From: Vulcanimicrobiota bacterium
Lineage (GTDB): Bacteria; Vulcanimicrobiota; Vulcanimicrobiia; Vulcanimicrobiales; Vulcanimicrobiaceae
Length of the DNA: 64,000 nt
Reading direction: 5' to 3'
NCBI GenBank assembly: GCA_963723515.1
Contig: CAVRQT010000003.1
Span: 352,001 to 416,000, forward strand
Position 1 is the stretch's first letter. Each line of letters opens with the position of its first letter. Below, one piece after another: positions 62,427-64,000 of this stretch. Both the position numbers and the translations under genes were made by a program. Under the pieces are notes generated by a model that searched no databases, had not been told where the DNA came from, and worked only from the letters and a program-made list of their open reading frames with translations.

Positions 62427-64000
62427 CTAGCTTAATCGCGTAAAGCCGTCGCGGCTCCAGCCTTCGCTGCCGACACCATTGTGAACGATGAAGAGTCCCG
62501 TCGGGTCATATTTATGTTTGATTTCGTCCAAGCGCGTCATAGTTTGAACCCCAATACTGCTGCTGCCAATGCGGATCGAAATACGACGCTTCAGATACGT
62601 ACGAACCGCCGTCCGGAACGATTGCGCGCAACGCCGATGCGCAGTCATGTACTCGAGCGGCGTATGTTCGCGCTTCCTTGAGATTCGGGTTCATGATTAG
62701 TCACACCGGGGTAGACGTCTTGGTTTGAACTCGCCGTAATCGCAAGCGCAAATGCGTCAAGCATCGCTGGGTTCGTCGCCGTATCGCGTGAGCGCGCGAT
62801 CGCATCTGCCGGTGCGCCGCTAAGACCTTTATTGAAATGGAAGTTAAACCCGTAATGGCGGCTCGCAGCGAAGATTGCATCGACAAGACGAGCGCGGTTC
62901 TCCGGTGCGAGGAGCGATGCGGGCATCCACAGCGACTCGTAGGCGTAAACGAACTGACCAACCTGATCGGAATCGCCCGCCCACCAGAAGGAGCGGGGAT
63001 TCGCTCCGGGGCGCGGATCGATCACAATAGCGGATGGGGCGTAGCGCTTGATGATATCGGGATTCCACCAATACCGTGCGGGGACGGCAATGACGCCCGG
63101 CTTGTCGACGTACGAGTAATCCGCCGGGGCAGCAGAAATCCAATCGAAGAACGGCTGCCAAATCGTCTGCGCGGCAGATTGATCCAATCCTTGTAGGACG
63201 AGCGAAAGTTCGAATCTATTGCTGCGCCGAAATCCCACCTGCTCGCCCCAGTGCGGATCGTGCAAATGCTCCGCGTAGAATGTAACGAACCGCTCGATCA
63301 GTCGATGGTAGGCCACATCTGAATTGGCTTTGACCGTTCCAAACGCCGCTCCGAAGGTTTGCGGCAACTCGTGGGTCAACAGCGTCAGCCGTGTCATCAC
63401 GCCAAACGTTCCGCCACCGCCGCCCTTGAGCGCCCAAAACAAATCCGAATTCTGACAGGCATTTGCAGTGCGGATCTTGCCATCCGCCGTAACGACTTCA
63501 GCTTCCAATAAGCTCGCGGCGGCGCTGCCGAAATTTTTCGAAAAACTCCCGAAGCCCCCGCCCGAAACTAAGCCTGCGACTCCGACGGTCGTGCAGCCGC
63601 CGCCCTGAACGTAGCGTCCACCTCGCGTGGTGACCGCGTCGTAGACGTGTCCCCAAAGGCAGCCTGCGCCGAGGGAAACCGCGTGCACGGGTGCACTCGA
63701 GCAGCCCTGCGGCACGAATGCGTCATGCATTACGATTTGGTTCATCGGATGCGTCCAAATCAAAAGCGAATCCGGCGCATTCGACGTCCCTTGATAACTG
63801 TGGCCGCCGCCGCGGACAGCCACGCGAAGATCATGCTCTCCCGCAAAATTGATCGCCGCAGCGACATCGGCAGCGGAAGAAGCCGCCACCGCATACACGC
63901 TCGGATGTGAAACCCAGGCGTCGACCCAGCCCAGCGTTTGCGTGACGTTCGGCGTTTCGTTGATGTAGTACGGGTTCCGCAAGTTTTTGAAAAGCGTTGC
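62427..64000 (-). CDS. FAD-linked oxidoreductase, berberine-bridge/VAO family (5' partial; frameshift near 62690)
   Basis: RGGGHSY, GGGCTTVG, FWALKGGGGGTFGV, YWGSNY..KHKYDP. Confidence 0.9.

Overview
GC-rich bacterial chromosome window, probably from a diderm Terrabacteria lineage such as Ca. Eremiobacterota. This is an inference from ymdB-spoVS plus LPS-heptose hldD and expanded adenylate-cyclase/STAND, Vgb-like and S53 genes. 1-24 kb is mostly core and metal genes: an HDAC, an ECF sigma/anti-sigma/RseB trio, a multicopper oxidase-ZIP fusion behind a DtxR-type palindrome, hldD, a Zn/Mn ABC transporter, a His-rich protein, copC and copD-cytochrome c, ymdB-spoVS-PHP, ahcY-metK and an MFS transporter. 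24-49.6 kb is an accessory block of secreted proteins and proteases with a dense nucleotide-signalling/conflict cluster: TIR-TM-WD40, NDT/DRHyd-TPR-S, two SLOG-SLATT paralogs, TIR-TM-MCE, and a TIR gene coupled to an nSTAND1-TM-trypsin gene. tRNA-Asn(GTT) at 49916-49991 is followed by gene cassettes separated by repeated tRNA-3' fragments, hairpins and REPs. A TGTC/CGTC-tagged REP family occurs throughout. At 5.7-6.1 kb a perfect 31-bp inverted REP pair encloses a decayed GIY-YIG nuclease gene, suggesting a RAYT-like REP system run by a GIY-YIG enzyme. Many genes carry single-base frameshifts, several at short homopolymers, most likely long-read consensus errors, so reconstructed fusions need read-level confirmation. 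All domain calls come from motif recognition by eye; no searches were run.
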